A stretch of DNA of 32,000 bases from assembly GCF_000253055.1 (NCBI RefSeq), contig NC_016070.1, positions 1,260,001-1,292,000 on the forward strand, written 5' to 3'. The translations under genes were made by a program, and so were the position numbers. Shown piece by piece: positions 22,985 to 31,939 of this stretch. The first letter of the stretch is position 1, and each line of letters starts with the position of its first letter. The stretch is from Thermoproteus tenax Kra 1 (GTDB lineage: Archaea > Thermoproteota > Thermoprotei > Thermoproteales > Thermoproteaceae). The notes under the pieces were generated by a model. The model was not told where the DNA came from, searched no databases, and saw nothing but the letters and a program-made list of their open reading frames with translations.

Positions 22985-25348
22985 CTACTCAGCCTTCTCT
23001 CCCCTTACTACTCCCACGACGAATAGCGGTACCTCGAAGTCGCCGCCATAGTAGTAGAACAGTAGCGTCTTTGTTATTTCTCTGAGCAATAACATGAGGG
23101 CCCCTCTGCCGATCTTAGCGGACTCGGCGGCATCCCTCCAAGGCCTCGCTTGTAAAACCTTCGATACGAGGGCCAGCTCGAAGGGCTCGGGAAGCGAGGG
23201 TCTCTTCGGCCTGGAAGAATAGAAATATTGCGTCGTGAGGAAATAGAGTGCATCTGACACATTCTCGTAGGTCATCGGCCCTACGGCGTAGGCGACCAAC
23301 CTATCCAGTTGGTTTCTCGACAGCGCTGGCTTTGGCTCTATGTCCCAGCCCCAGTCCTCCATCAACATCTTCGCCTCCTCTGGTTTTAAATCGCTGTAGG
23401 GGCCCATGAGGGAGTGAATCAGTCTCCTTCTGAACTCCACGTTGGCGTATTGGACGAACTTAACGGCACGTTCGCTCAGAGGCTTTATCAGCAACACGCT
23501 GTATTCGCCCGAGGTGGGGTTTCTCTCAGGGGAGATGTGTATGGGGATGTAGCCGTTCTTAATCCAGAACTTGAGCAATTTATCGTAAACGCCGAAGCCT
23601 ACGCCGACCCAATCATAGGCGCGCTCCCTCGCTTCCTCCTCTACCATCTTGAGGGCCGCAGTGCCTAGCCCCATGTCCTGGGCCTCGGGGTGTGTGGCTA
23701 TCCTCACTATGCGCCATCCCTTCAGTTTTGCAAACTCGGGCAATCGCCAATATTTGAGAAATCTATCGGGTATTATGTTGCCGGGCAGTTTCAGACCTCT
23801 AAGCGCCTCCTCTATCGATGAATCGTCGAGTCCTCCCTCCTCGGCCAACTCAAGCGAGACCACAATTTTGCCGTTTTCAAGCGCCAACGCTCTGGCTGTG
23901 TGATGCGGCGCATCTAACAACATGCCCAGATCGTCGGGCTCGTTTCTGTAGTGCGCCTGTACGTAGATGCCAAAGAAGGGACGTAATCTCCTCTCGTCTT
24001 CTACTATGTCCTTAATGTATACAACTCTCCTCCTCCTGATAAGCTCGTAGTCGTCTTCGTCGAGCTTGTCCGGCTCGGCGTCGAGCAGGAAGACGTCGAA
24101 AAGCCACGCCTCAATGGGGTCCCCTCTTCCGTATCTGATGGGCTCCTTCATCTCATATATCTGCACGTCTGTATTGGGATCTTCTCTTAGGCTTTTCAAA
24201 AACCTTATGGAGAACCCTCTGCCGGCGCCCTCGTAGCCGTGGATAGTCGTTGCGAAGACTGTGCGGTCGAACTTCTGGTGAACGGAGTACAACACGGGCA
24301 GAGGAACGGCGGCTGCCTCGTCTACGGCCACTATATCAGCCCGCTCTCTTCTGAGCAGCTGATAGGGCGTAATGAAGTCCACGAAGATGCCGCGCGCCTT
24401 TATGGATTTTACCTCTCCTCCCTCCTTCTCTATGCCCGGCTTATAGCCCAACGTGCGCAATCCCTTCAAGAGAAACTCTGCCAGAGTTTCGACGTTGGCG
24501 TACTCCATAGCGCTTACGACCAACTGGACTTGCGACTTCATCTTCCTTATCCTGTGGCCGAGGCCCGCCAGGCCCAGCCCCAGCGCTGCGCTCTTCCCTC
24601 TGCCTCTATCGGCGATTAAGACCAAGGCCTTCTTCCTCTTCGGCTTCTCGTAGAGATCCTCCATTAGTCTCAACGCCTCGACTTGGTCTTGCGTCGCCGC
24701 AAGCTGATATATCTTGACTGGTATCACGGCCTTTTCCGGCACCCTTATCTCCGGCTTGATCCACTCGGGAGGCTCCGAGGCGGGCCTCTTGAGGACGTCC
24801 CCCTTCTCGACATCGTAGATTATTATACCCTCATGTTCCCACAGCTTCCTCCAGAACCTCTCCTTGGTTCTATGACGAATATCCGTGGGCTTGTACTGGG
24901 GGACTAACAACGTACCTTGGAATTTAGTGATATAGCGAGTCCATTCCTCAAGCGGCGGCACCATTAAGATGTATAACCCTCCTCCTGCCACCACTCCCCC
25001 GAGTCTCCCCACGTCGTTTGGCTTCAGGTCGTTTACCAAGTCGAGCACGGCAAAGTCGTACGTCTTTCCCAACAACTTCGGCGTGTCCTTATACGGCCTG
25101 TACTCGACCTCAAGGGAGCTCTCTCTCAAGAGGTCCCTAACATAGTTATGTCTCCTATTGCCGTCGGCATATTCGGGCTGGAACATATAGATCCCTCTGC
25201 CTCCGCCCGATGTCTCCTCGAATATTCGGAGGGCCTCCGCCGCCGCCTCGGCCAACTTCCGATCGTCCAGGCCCACTAGGGCCACGAGTCTGCGGTGGCG
25301 GGCCCTCCTAGCTTTCCCCAACTCTTGGGACAATACCTCTTTCAGCAC
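22985..25348 (-). CDS. tmcA: TmcA/Nat10-like RNA cytidine N4-acetyltransferase (helicase-like ATPase plus GNAT)
   Basis: It has Walker A IADRGRGKSAALGLGLAG, then VDEAAAVPLPVL, ATTIHGYEGAGRGFSIRF and the GNAT motif RIATHPEAQDMGLGTAALK. The length is 787 aa. The GTG start lies 16 nt after the stop of the OFOR beta gene. Confidence 0.85.
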   Translation of the reverse strand: MLKEVLSQELGKARRARHRRLVALVGLDDRKLAEAAAEALRIFEETSGGGRGIYMFQPEYADGNRRHNYVRDLLRESSLEVEYRPYKDTPKLLGKTYDFAVLDLVNDLKPNDVGRLGGVVAGGGLYILMVPPLEEWTRYITKFQGTLLVPQYKPTDIRHRTKERFWRKLWEHEGIIIYDVEKGDVLKRPASEPPEWIKPEIRVPEKAVIPVKIYQLAATQDQVEALRLMEDLYEKPKRKKALVLIADRGRGKSAALGLGLAGLGHRIRKMKSQVQLVVSAMEYANVETLAEFLLKGLRTLGYKPGIEKEGGEVKSIKARGIFVDFITPYQLLRRERADIVAVDEAAAVPLPVLYSVHQKFDRTVFATTIHGYEGAGRGFSIRFLKSLREDPNTDVQIYEMKEPIRYGRGDPIEAWLFDVFLLDAEPDKLDEDDYELIRRRRVVYIKDIVEDERRLRPFFGIYVQAHYRNEPDDLGMLLDAPHHTARALALENGKIVVSLELAEEGGLDDSSIEEALRGLKLPGNIIPDRFLKYWRLPEFAKLKGWRIVRIATHPEAQDMGLGTAALKMVEEEARERAYDWVGVGFGVYDKLLKFWIKNGYIPIHISPERNPTSGEYSVLLIKPLSERAVKFVQYANVEFRRRLIHSLMGPYSDLKPEEAKMLMEDWGWDIEPKPALSRNQLDRLVAYAVGPMTYENVSDALYFLTTQYFYSSRPKRPSLPEPFELALVSKVLQARPWRDAAESAKIGRGALMLLLREITKTLLFYYYGGDFEVPLFVVGVVRGEKAE

Positions 25349-25364
25349 TTAGGAGGAGGCCCAG

Positions 25365-26273
25365 CTAAGTTAAAAAGTTAAGAAGCGCCTTCCTCTTGTC
25401 CTCCGACAGCTCGAGGGGCGCATCTATGGGCGGAGTTCCTCCCAAGAGTTTAACCGCCTCCTCTTCGTATGCAGGCAGATCCTCCCTTCTGAAGAAGATG
25501 CCGATCGGCACCTTCCCCTGAGGATCCATCGTTGGCCACTCAAGGGCGCGTTTGTAGGCTTGCTCGTAGTCAGTCGGGTCGTGTCCAACGGCCTCCAACT
25601 TGTATATGCGCGCTCTGAACCAATCGTATGTATTTACTCTGTTGAACGTCACACACGGGCTTAGTACATCGATTAAGGCGAATCCTCTGTGTTGGAGCGC
25701 GGCCTCTATTATCTCGGCCAGATGCGCGACGTCGCCGCTGAAGCCGCGGGCCACGAACGTAGCGCCGGCAGAGAGGGCGAGCGCCAGCGGATTGACAGGG
25801 AAGTCTATTGACCCGTATGGAGAAGTCTTTGTCTTAACTCCCTTCAACGTTGTCGGGGACATCTGGCCTGTGGTCAAACCGTATACTTGATTGTTGGATA
25901 CTATGTACACGACTCCGACGTTGCGCCTCGCCGCGTGTATTAAGTGGTTCAAGCCAATGCCGTACCCGTCGCCGTCTCCTCCGACTCCTATTACCTTCAG
26001 ACGCGGGTTTGCTATCTTGACGCCTGTAGCTATCGGCAACACTCTGCCGTGTATCCCATGTATGCCGTACGTCTTCATGAAGTGCGGCAACTGTGAAGAG
26101 CAGCCTATGCCTGAGACTATCACGACCTCTTCGTTTTTAGCGCCAAATTTGGCCAGAGCTCTCCGTAGGCCCTCCAGTATCCCGTAGTCGCCGCAACCGG
26201 GGCACCATATCGGCGCACGCGACACGGCGAAGTCCATGGGCTTTTTGTCGATCTGTAGCTTGATCGATGCCAT
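25365..26273 (-). CDS. 2-oxoacid:ferredoxin oxidoreductase, beta subunit (TPP-binding)
   Basis: It has the WCPGCGDYGIL Cys motif and the TPP motif GVGGDGDGYGIGLNH. The length is 302 aa and the start lies 2 nt after the alpha subunit's stop. Confidence 0.9.
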   Translation of the reverse strand: MASIKLQIDKKPMDFAVSRAPIWCPGCGDYGILEGLRRALAKFGAKNEEVVIVSGIGCSSQLPHFMKTYGIHGIHGRVLPIATGVKIANPRLKVIGVGGDGDGYGIGLNHLIHAARRNVGVVYIVSNNQVYGLTTGQMSPTTLKGVKTKTSPYGSIDFPVNPLALALSAGATFVARGFSGDVAHLAEIIEAALQHRGFALIDVLSPCVTFNRVNTYDWFRARIYKLEAVGHDPTDYEQAYKRALEWPTMDPQGKVPIGIFFRREDLPAYEEEAVKLLGGTPPIDAPLELSEDKRKALLNFLT

Positions 26274-26275
26274 GG

Positions 26276-27952
26276 CTACACCAGCTCCATGAGCTCATCT
26301 ACGCTAAGCGGCTCGCCCCACCACTTGAGGATGCTCCTTTTGAACTCGACGCCCAGCTCTTTCCTCAGATACTCGCCCAGTTGGCCTCTGTAGTTCAACT
26401 CAACGTCTATCAACGTGCTTTTCTTGCCCATGACCTCCAACGATGCCGCCTTGTTCAGAGGGTACAGATCTCTGAACACCACAGCGCCTACGCCGTCGCC
26501 TCTCGAGTAAATGAAATCTAGTATCGGCATCGCCGTAGAGCCCCAAGTTACTAAGGTGATCCCGTCGGAGCCGTAAGAGATGGGCGGGCCCATCTCCTCA
26601 GCTATTTTAGCCAGTTTGATCATCCTCTTATTGTGCATGGCTTTCCTTAGGTCAGGCAAATGGCGATCTGTTATTACGTCTCCCCTCTCGTCGTGTTCGT
26701 CGCTTGTCGCAATATACATTCCGCCGGGTACGCCTGGTATAGTCCTCGGCGACACTCCTGAGTCCGTTATCTTGTATCTCTTGAACTCCTCCCACACAAC
26801 GGGGGAGGTTACCAACTCTCCGCGCTCTATCTTGAACTTTGCCCAATCTATATCGTCGATTGTCGTAAGAGACTCGTTGAAGTAAAGATCCGTGAGGACG
26901 ATCGCAGGCGTTTGGAACTTCTCTGACAGGTTAAACGCCTTGGCTACTGCGTACAAGCCGTCCTCTATTGTGTACGGCGCTATAACTATATGCGGATACT
27001 CGCCGTGCGACGGCGAAAGGGCCGACGAGAGGTCTCCTTGCTCGGTCTCAGTCGGAAGGCCAGTGCTGGGGCCACCCCTCTGGCTCAAGAAGACTACTGC
27101 TGGCGTCTCGATCATAGCGGCAAGGCCGAAGGCCTCGTGCATTAGGTCAAAGCCGCCTCCCGAGGTGCCCGTGGCCGCTCTGACACCAGCGAATGAGGCC
27201 CCTATCACCATGTTCATGGCGGCTATCTCGTCCTCGGCCTGTACTACCGCAACTCCGAACCTGGGGCCGATCTCGGCCAAGAAGTGCATGATGGGGCTCG
27301 CCGGCGTCATGGGATATGCCGCGTAGAACCTCATGCCAGATAGCACGGCCCCTATCGCTAGAGCCTCTGCGCCGGATAACAACACTTTGGCGGGAGCTAC
27401 TTTCTCCATACTCAAAATACTTCCAGCTGCCTTCACTGCATGGTCGTAGCCAAGTTGTGCCGCCTCAATATTCCTTTCCACGATCTTGTCCCCTTTCTCG
27501 CCGAACTCTCTTGCTAGCGCGTCCGAGAGAACGCGCGAGCTGACGCCGAGTAGGCCTAGGAGTGCTCCGACTGCTACTACGTTTTTCATTATTTTATCTC
27601 CCGCTTTGACTGCGTACTCCGAAAGAGGGACTGGAACATCGCCCTTGCGTTGAGGGGAGCCTCCGTCGCTTGAGTCAAAGACCGCGTAGGATGCCTTGTC
27701 CCTATAGGCCGCCAAGGCGTTTCTGTTGAGCGCAACCAGTATATCAATTGTCCTCCAGCGCCCGTGGCTGTAGATCTTGCGATCCGATGCTCTGATCTGG
27801 TAAAACATAGTCGGATTTCCCTTTATTATTGAGGCATATTGTCTGTAGGCATATACGTGGTAGCCCAGCTGAGAGAATATCGTCGCGACCAGCCTTCCGG
27901 CCGACTCAACTCCCTCGCCTTGGGCGCCGCTTATTCTGACAGTTATTTCCAT
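26276..27952 (-). CDS. 2-oxoacid:ferredoxin oxidoreductase, alpha subunit (fused gamma-alpha type, as in two-subunit crenarchaeal OFORs)
   Basis: The N-terminus ISGAQGEGVESAGRL is gamma-domain-like and AAYPMTPASPIMH is the YPITP-type motif. I prefer the ATG at 27952 (MEITVRISGAQG...), which has an AT-rich box about 28 nt upstream. The track start is at 27973. Confidence 0.9.
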   Translation of the reverse strand: MEITVRISGAQGEGVESAGRLVATIFSQLGYHVYAYRQYASIIKGNPTMFYQIRASDRKIYSHGRWRTIDILVALNRNALAAYRDKASYAVFDSSDGGSPQRKGDVPVPLSEYAVKAGDKIMKNVVAVGALLGLLGVSSRVLSDALAREFGEKGDKIVERNIEAAQLGYDHAVKAAGSILSMEKVAPAKVLLSGAEALAIGAVLSGMRFYAAYPMTPASPIMHFLAEIGPRFGVAVVQAEDEIAAMNMVIGASFAGVRAATGTSGGGFDLMHEAFGLAAMIETPAVVFLSQRGGPSTGLPTETEQGDLSSALSPSHGEYPHIVIAPYTIEDGLYAVAKAFNLSEKFQTPAIVLTDLYFNESLTTIDDIDWAKFKIERGELVTSPVVWEEFKRYKITDSGVSPRTIPGVPGGMYIATSDEHDERGDVITDRHLPDLRKAMHNKRMIKLAKIAEEMGPPISYGSDGITLVTWGSTAMPILDFIYSRGDGVGAVVFRDLYPLNKAASLEVMGKKSTLIDVELNYRGQLGEYLRKELGVEFKRSILKWWGEPLSVDELMELV

Positions 27953-28153
27953 GAACCAAAATTCGTTTTTCATTAATATTCATTATCATTTCAGCTTACT
28001 GCCGACGTCGCAAATTTATATTGTAAGGAGAGCTTGTATAAACAGTGTAGACATCAAGAATCCACTCGACATTTGACTAGAAAGATGCAATAAAGCCTTC
28101 CGATAAACCCTATAAAAAGGTTCCACTCGGGGCTAGTTCACAGCGTGGACTTA

Positions 28154-28185
28154 AACGTTCACTCGCTATTCTCGCCGTGAACGTT
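28154..28185 (+). promoter_or_regulatory. Perfect 9-bp inverted repeat AACGTTCAC-N14-GTGAACGTT, just upstream of a TATA-like box
   Basis: The arms lie at 28154-28162 and 28177-28185, and each arm contains the palindrome AACGTT. The TATA-like TTTTATA at 28193-28199 and the ORF start at 28215/28221 follow directly. Confidence 0.5.
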
Positions 28186-28214
28186 CGGGATCCTTTTATA
28201 CATGTCGGACTCGG

Positions 28215-28619
28215 ATGTCGATGATTTTGATCGACTATGATCCCCGGACTGGCGTGGGGCTCGCCGCCACGGGCAAAGCCGCGTGCGGACAAATTGAGGT
28301 AAGGCCGATCAAGATTCCGCCACCGCCTATCTCGCCTCCCCTCAGAGCCGGAATACTTCGTTCTCCTAATGGAGGCTTAGCCTTGATAAGCCCCGCGCCG
28401 ACCTCTGAGGCCGATCTAGTGCTCGAGAACATAGATTATGCGATCGAGGGCGAGATAAGGAGGGGGATACTGACAGGAGTAGCGTGCGGCAGGAAGATCA
28501 AGGCCAAGTCCTATGTGCCCTACGAGGGCCCTCTGTTGGGCCTCGTCCCTGTCAAAAGGCTTGGAGATTTCCCCAGGGCTGTTTTCAGAATGCTGATCTA
28601 TCGCCTTGCGCTACCCTGA
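28215..28619 (+). CDS. Hypothetical protein (134 aa), no family recognised
   Basis: The ORF is uninterrupted with crenarchaeal-looking codon usage (AGG, ATA). A TATA-like box lies about 20-25 nt upstream, so the ATG at 28221 is an alternative leaderless start. It contains a PPPPISPP linker. Confidence 0.55.
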   Translation: MSMILIDYDPRTGVGLAATGKAACGQIEVRPIKIPPPPISPPLRAGILRSPNGGLALISPAPTSEADLVLENIDYAIEGEIRRGILTGVACGRKIKAKSYVPYEGPLLGLVPVKRLGDFPRAVFRMLIYRLALP

Positions 28620-28625
28620 GGGTGG

Positions 28626-29165
28626 TCACTTGAAGATCTCCTTGAATATGGACTCGAAAACTTTGTAAAGTTCGTCGGTGTATAGACAAACAATGATCCG
28701 CCTAACGCTTCTCAGCCTCGGCGCCACCTCCTTGATGGCCTCCAAGGTGAGTTTGGCGGCCTCTCGGTAGGGACAGCCAAATATACCTGTGCTTATCGCT
28801 GGAAGCGCCACGCTGCTCAGCCCGAGCTCGTCGGCCTTCAGCACAGCGTTCGCCACGGCGTCCTTTATCTTCTCCACGGGCTCTCTGCCGCAGCGGGGGC
28901 CCACTGCGTGTATCACGTACTTGGCCTTTAGCGCGCCCGCCGAGGTCACCGCTACGCCTCCCACAGGCACGGGGCCGTAGCGCCTTATCCACTCCCTGCT
29001 CTCCTCTTGTATTATGGGGCCTCCCTTCCTGACTATGGCCCCAGCGACCCCGCCCCCGTGCTCTAGATATGAGTTAGCCGCGTTGACTATTGCGTCGACC
29101 TCCAACTCGGTGATATCTCCTTTCACGAGCTCGACCTTAACTCCATTGGGGAGGTTGAACTCCAT
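28626..29165 (-). CDS. Macro-domain protein (ADP-ribose / O-acetyl-ADP-ribose binding or hydrolysing, AF1521-like)
   Basis: [29 protein letters not shown] and ...[10 protein letters not shown] match the macro-domain consensus. The protein is 179 aa and starts at the ATG at 29165. Confidence 0.9.
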   Translation of the reverse strand: MEFNLPNGVKVELVKGDITELEVDAIVNAANSYLEHGGGVAGAIVRKGGPIIQEESREWIRRYGPVPVGGVAVTSAGALKAKYVIHAVGPRCGREPVEKIKDAVANAVLKADELGLSSVALPAISTGIFGCPYREAAKLTLEAIKEVAPRLRSVRRIIVCLYTDELYKVFESIFKEIFK

Positions 29166-29233
29166 GTCTTATGGGAGATCTTTTTAAAATAAGCGCAGAA
29201 AAGAATAAAAATCGACCAGTAGTAACCATGCCG

Positions 29234-29341
29234 AGCCCGGTCGTCTAGCGGCCAAAGGACCCAGCCCGGCTACGGATGCGGGGCTTTGGAGCCGCAAGGC
29301 GGAGAAACCCCGTGGCCCGGGTTCGAATCCCGGCCGGGCTA
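29234..29341 (+). tRNA. tRNA-Gln (anticodon UUG) with two introns of about 17 nt each
   Basis: Hand fold:
- Acceptor stem AGCCCGG / CCGGGCT, with discriminator A.
- D arm GTCT-AGCGGCCAAA-GGAC.
- Anticodon stem CGGGG (29279-83) / CCCCG (29308-12), with loop CTTTGG...A.
- T arm CCGGG-TTCGAAT-CCCGG.
The 108-nt length exceeds the 74-nt mature tRNA by a canonical 37/38 intron (29290-29306) and about 17 extra nt between the D arm and the anticodon stem (within 29261-29278). A TATA-like AATAAAAAT lies about 27 nt upstream and a T5 run follows. No CCA is encoded. Confidence 0.85.
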
Positions 29342-29345
29342 CTCA

Positions 29346-29350
29346 TTTTT
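29346..29350 (+). terminator. Oligo-T tract directly downstream of the tRNA
   Basis: TTTTT begins 5 nt after the discriminator base. Archaeal RNA polymerase terminates at oligo-T tracts. Confidence 0.5.
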
Positions 29351-29368
29351 ATATAGAGTAATAGAGGA

Positions 29369-30268
29369 GTGAGGACAAAAGAGGTCCTCAGCGGAGTATA
29401 CAAGGTCGATCTGGAGCCGGGCGGGTTCTCCGACCTAGTGTCCGTCTATATCGTTGACTCGGGCATAGGGCTTCTTGTATTCGAGGGGGGTCCCTCGTGC
29501 TCCCAGAGCGATTTGACAATGGCGGTTAGATCGCTTGGGAAGCCTCCGACCCACGTCTTCCTTACACACGTCCACATAGATCACTACGGGGCCGCCGGCG
29601 CGCTTGTAGAACTTAACCATGATGTCCAGTACTACGTGCATCCGAGGGGGGCCAAGGTGCTCCCCAATCCAGATATAATCTGGGCGCCCGCCAAAGAAGC
29701 CATGGGATGGCTGGGCGAGCTCTATGGCCGCCCCCTTGAGATTCCTCAGAAGAACATAAAGGTCACTGAGGATGGGGAGGAGATACAAATTGGAGATGTC
29801 TCAGTGGAGGTAATCCACACGCCTGGGCACGCGAGCCATCACCAGTCCTTCTTAGTGAGGCCTTGGGATATGTTGGTCGTAGGCGATGCAGCCGGCATCT
29901 ATGTGAGATCCCTCGATTACATAATTCCCACCACCATGGAGCCTCTGAGACTGGACTTGTATATAGAAAGTATAAGGAGGCTGTTGGACATGGGCCCCAG
30001 ATACATAGCCTACACCCACCACGATCTAGTGGGCGACGCGGCGGGGCTCTTGAGCAGACATCTTTCGCAAATCGAGATTTGGAGCAAAGCGGCCGAGGAA
30101 GCCGCGAGAGAGAGGCTCACACCCGCCGAGCTGGAGGGCATCCTCGTCGAAAGGGATCAGAGCCTCCGGAGGGTCTATTCGGACCTCAAGGGGCTAAGAG
30201 CCCACTACCATCTGTTCCAGATGGCTATTAGCGGTTTATTAAATTATTATAGAAATTTAGGGAAATAA
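29369..30268 (+). CDS. Metallo-beta-lactamase-fold hydrolase
   Basis: It has the HxHxDH motif THVHIDHYGAAG and a later HTPGHASHH. It starts with GTG and is 299 aa. Confidence 0.85.
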   Translation: MRTKEVLSGVYKVDLEPGGFSDLVSVYIVDSGIGLLVFEGGPSCSQSDLTMAVRSLGKPPTHVFLTHVHIDHYGAAGALVELNHDVQYYVHPRGAKVLPNPDIIWAPAKEAMGWLGELYGRPLEIPQKNIKVTEDGEEIQIGDVSVEVIHTPGHASHHQSFLVRPWDMLVVGDAAGIYVRSLDYIIPTTMEPLRLDLYIESIRRLLDMGPRYIAYTHHDLVGDAAGLLSRHLSQIEIWSKAAEEAARERLTPAELEGILVERDQSLRRVYSDLKGLRAHYHLFQMAISGLLNYYRNLGK

Positions 30269-30856
30269 CTTTTTATTTAGTAATTCATATAAACTTTTTA
30301 TATGAATTATACCGTCTTTACAGATTCTTCCATCTCTAGAGATACAGACTGGCACTGCCCCGGCCGATAGCGCCATCTCCACATCGTATTGTGTGTCGCC
30401 AACAACAATCATGTCCCGAGGGCTGACCCCAAACCTACTGGCTACAACGTACAGCGGATCGGGGTTGGGCTTGCCTCTGGGCACCTCGTCCCCTCCCAAC
30501 AAGAAGTCTACGTAGCGACTCAGACCTGTCCTCTCAAGGACTGCGCGAGCCAAGACTGCGTTGGACGATGTAACTACAGCTATTGGGCGCCGCAGGCCGG
30601 CCAGAGCTTCAACGTCTTCAAAGGGTTTGACCAACGATATGTAGTCCTCCAGAAAGAGGCGTTTCTTCAGCTCCATGAGCTCCGAGGCTCTGGGGCCCGC
30701 TATTATCTCGGCTATCTTTGGGGCGGGCAATCCTATTAACGCCCTCATCTCCTCCCTGCTTATTGGACGGCCGAACCTTCTGGCCGCCTCTCTCCAAGCC
30801 TCAACGTGGGCCTCTACTGAGTCTACCAACGTCCCGTCTAGATCGAAGATGTACAC
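30257..30856 (-). CDS. HAD-superfamily hydrolase, subfamily IA (phosphoglycolate phosphatase/PGMB-like)
   Basis: It has motif I FDLDGTLVDS, motif II VVTSS and motifs III/IV K...VGDTQYDVEMA. It starts with GTG and its 3' end overlaps the convergent MBL gene by 12 nt. Confidence 0.9.
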   Translation of the reverse strand: MYIFDLDGTLVDSVEAHVEAWREAARRFGRPISREEMRALIGLPAPKIAEIIAGPRASELMELKKRLFLEDYISLVKPFEDVEALAGLRRPIAVVTSSNAVLARAVLERTGLSRYVDFLLGGDEVPRGKPNPDPLYVVASRFGVSPRDMIVVGDTQYDVEMALSAGAVPVCISRDGRICKDGIIHIKSLYELLNKKLFP

Positions 30857-30940
30857 GCAGCAGATAATTCTTAGGCTTAAAATCAGCTACGCGCCGATGC
30901 GATATCAGTAAGATTTATTAAGATTAACATTGAAAAAACT

Positions 30941-31690
30941 ATGTCACTAGACTTCAATAAAGCCAATGAACTACTTTATAAAGGGTATCTATACCAATTA
31001 ATACTAGCCATAGTGGCGATAATAGCTATCTTCGCCGCGGCGATCGCCGCGGCGACTGCAGTGATAGCTTCTTCCGGAGTGTTGCCGCCTTCGTACCCGT
31101 ATGGATCATCCTCATCAGGTCTGGCCTCCATAATTGGAGCCCTTGTTGGCATAATTATTGTAGCAATTATATTTATCGTTATAGGTTTAATTATATTCTT
31201 TAAATATATATTTAAAGGATATATAGGACTCCATAAACTTGGAGTCAAGTGGGCCTTCTGGCTCGCCTGGGGCCCCATCATTGAGTTGATATTAGCCATA
31301 GTCGCCGTAGCTCTCTTCTTTGCGTTTATTTCCTCAATAGCTTCAGCCTTGGGCCCAGGCCTTGCTGAAAGTCCGTTTTCGATATTTGCCGCAGCTGTCC
31401 CCGTCTTGGCAGTGGTAGTAGTTCTACTGGCGTTTTCGGTCTTTATAGATGTGGCCAAAATATTGTTCCTCAAGAACATGTACGACATCACCAAGATAGG
31501 CGAGTTCAATATAGCGTTCGTTCTGACGATAGTGGCACTGGCACTGTCTCTGGCCTCATATACCGGCGGGCTACTCGGCGTCGCGGCCGGCATCGTGGAG
31601 CTAATAGAATATATCTTTGAGATGTTGGCGTATAGAGGGGCCTCCCGCATGCACCCGCCGCCTCTGCCCGCGCAGCCTCAGTCACCATAG
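30941..31690 (+). CDS. Multi-pass integral membrane protein, function unknown
   Basis: The 249-aa protein has several long hydrophobic segments (e.g. ILAIVAIIAIFAAAIAAATAVIA, LVGIIIVAIIFIVIGLIIFF, AVPVLAVVVVLLAFSVFI). It ends in a short Pro-rich tail, HPPPLPAQPQSP. The antisense 224-aa ORF is Ala/Thr/Ile-rich in the way mirror frames are. Confidence 0.7.
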   Translation: MSLDFNKANELLYKGYLYQLILAIVAIIAIFAAAIAAATAVIASSGVLPPSYPYGSSSSGLASIIGALVGIIIVAIIFIVIGLIIFFKYIFKGYIGLHKLGVKWAFWLAWGPIIELILAIVAVALFFAFISSIASALGPGLAESPFSIFAAAVPVLAVVVVLLAFSVFIDVAKILFLKNMYDITKIGEFNIAFVLTIVALALSLASYTGGLLGVAAGIVELIEYIFEMLAYRGASRMHPPPLPAQPQSP

Positions 31691-31939
31691 CGCCGTAGTC
31701 AGCAAGAGGGACCTAAGCGCTCTAATTTTGGCCAAACGCCTCACGTATTCGACGGCCGCCTCTCTGATCTCCCTTTCGCTATAGTCCCCAACTGTCCGGC
31801 CCCGGATGGCCCCCTTGGGCGTATAGATCACGCCGCGCCCCGGCAGATAGAAGACGTCGGCGTACCGGGAGTCCTCGAACGACGCAATTCTCTGGACAGA
31901 TCTTGTCCTCCCCCCGCGGCTCTCGATGGATCTCAACAC
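31682..31939 (-). CDS. Hypothetical small protein (85 aa)
   Basis: This is an ORF with a GTG start and plausible codon usage. No motif was recognised. Its 3' end overlaps the convergent membrane-protein gene by 9 nt. Confidence 0.35.
   Translation of the reverse strand: MLRSIESRGGRTRSVQRIASFEDSRYADVFYLPGRGVIYTPKGAIRGRTVGDYSEREIREAAVEYVRRLAKIRALRSLLLTTALW

Noticed and set aside
28061-28129. The direct repeat TCCACTCG at 28061-28068 and 28122-28129, considered as an ORB-like or regulator site upstream of the OFOR operon.
   Set aside because: An exact 8-mer recurring once within a 240-nt spacer is close to chance expectation, and the flanks do not match.
28626-29165. The macro-domain gene considered as the antitoxin half of a DarTG-like toxin-antitoxin or ADP-ribosylation defence pair with the neighbouring 134-aa ORF.
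   Set aside because: The two genes are convergent and so not an operon. The 134-aa protein shows no ADP-ribosyltransferase-like motif that I can recognise. Stand-alone AF1521-type macro domains are common housekeeping genes in archaea.
29234-31939. The region downstream of the tRNA gene considered as an integrated element, since tRNA genes are common integration sites.
   Set aside because: There is no integrase, no second copy of the tRNA 3' half (att-like direct repeat) in the window and no obvious compositional break. The genes are ordinary MBL, HAD and membrane proteins.
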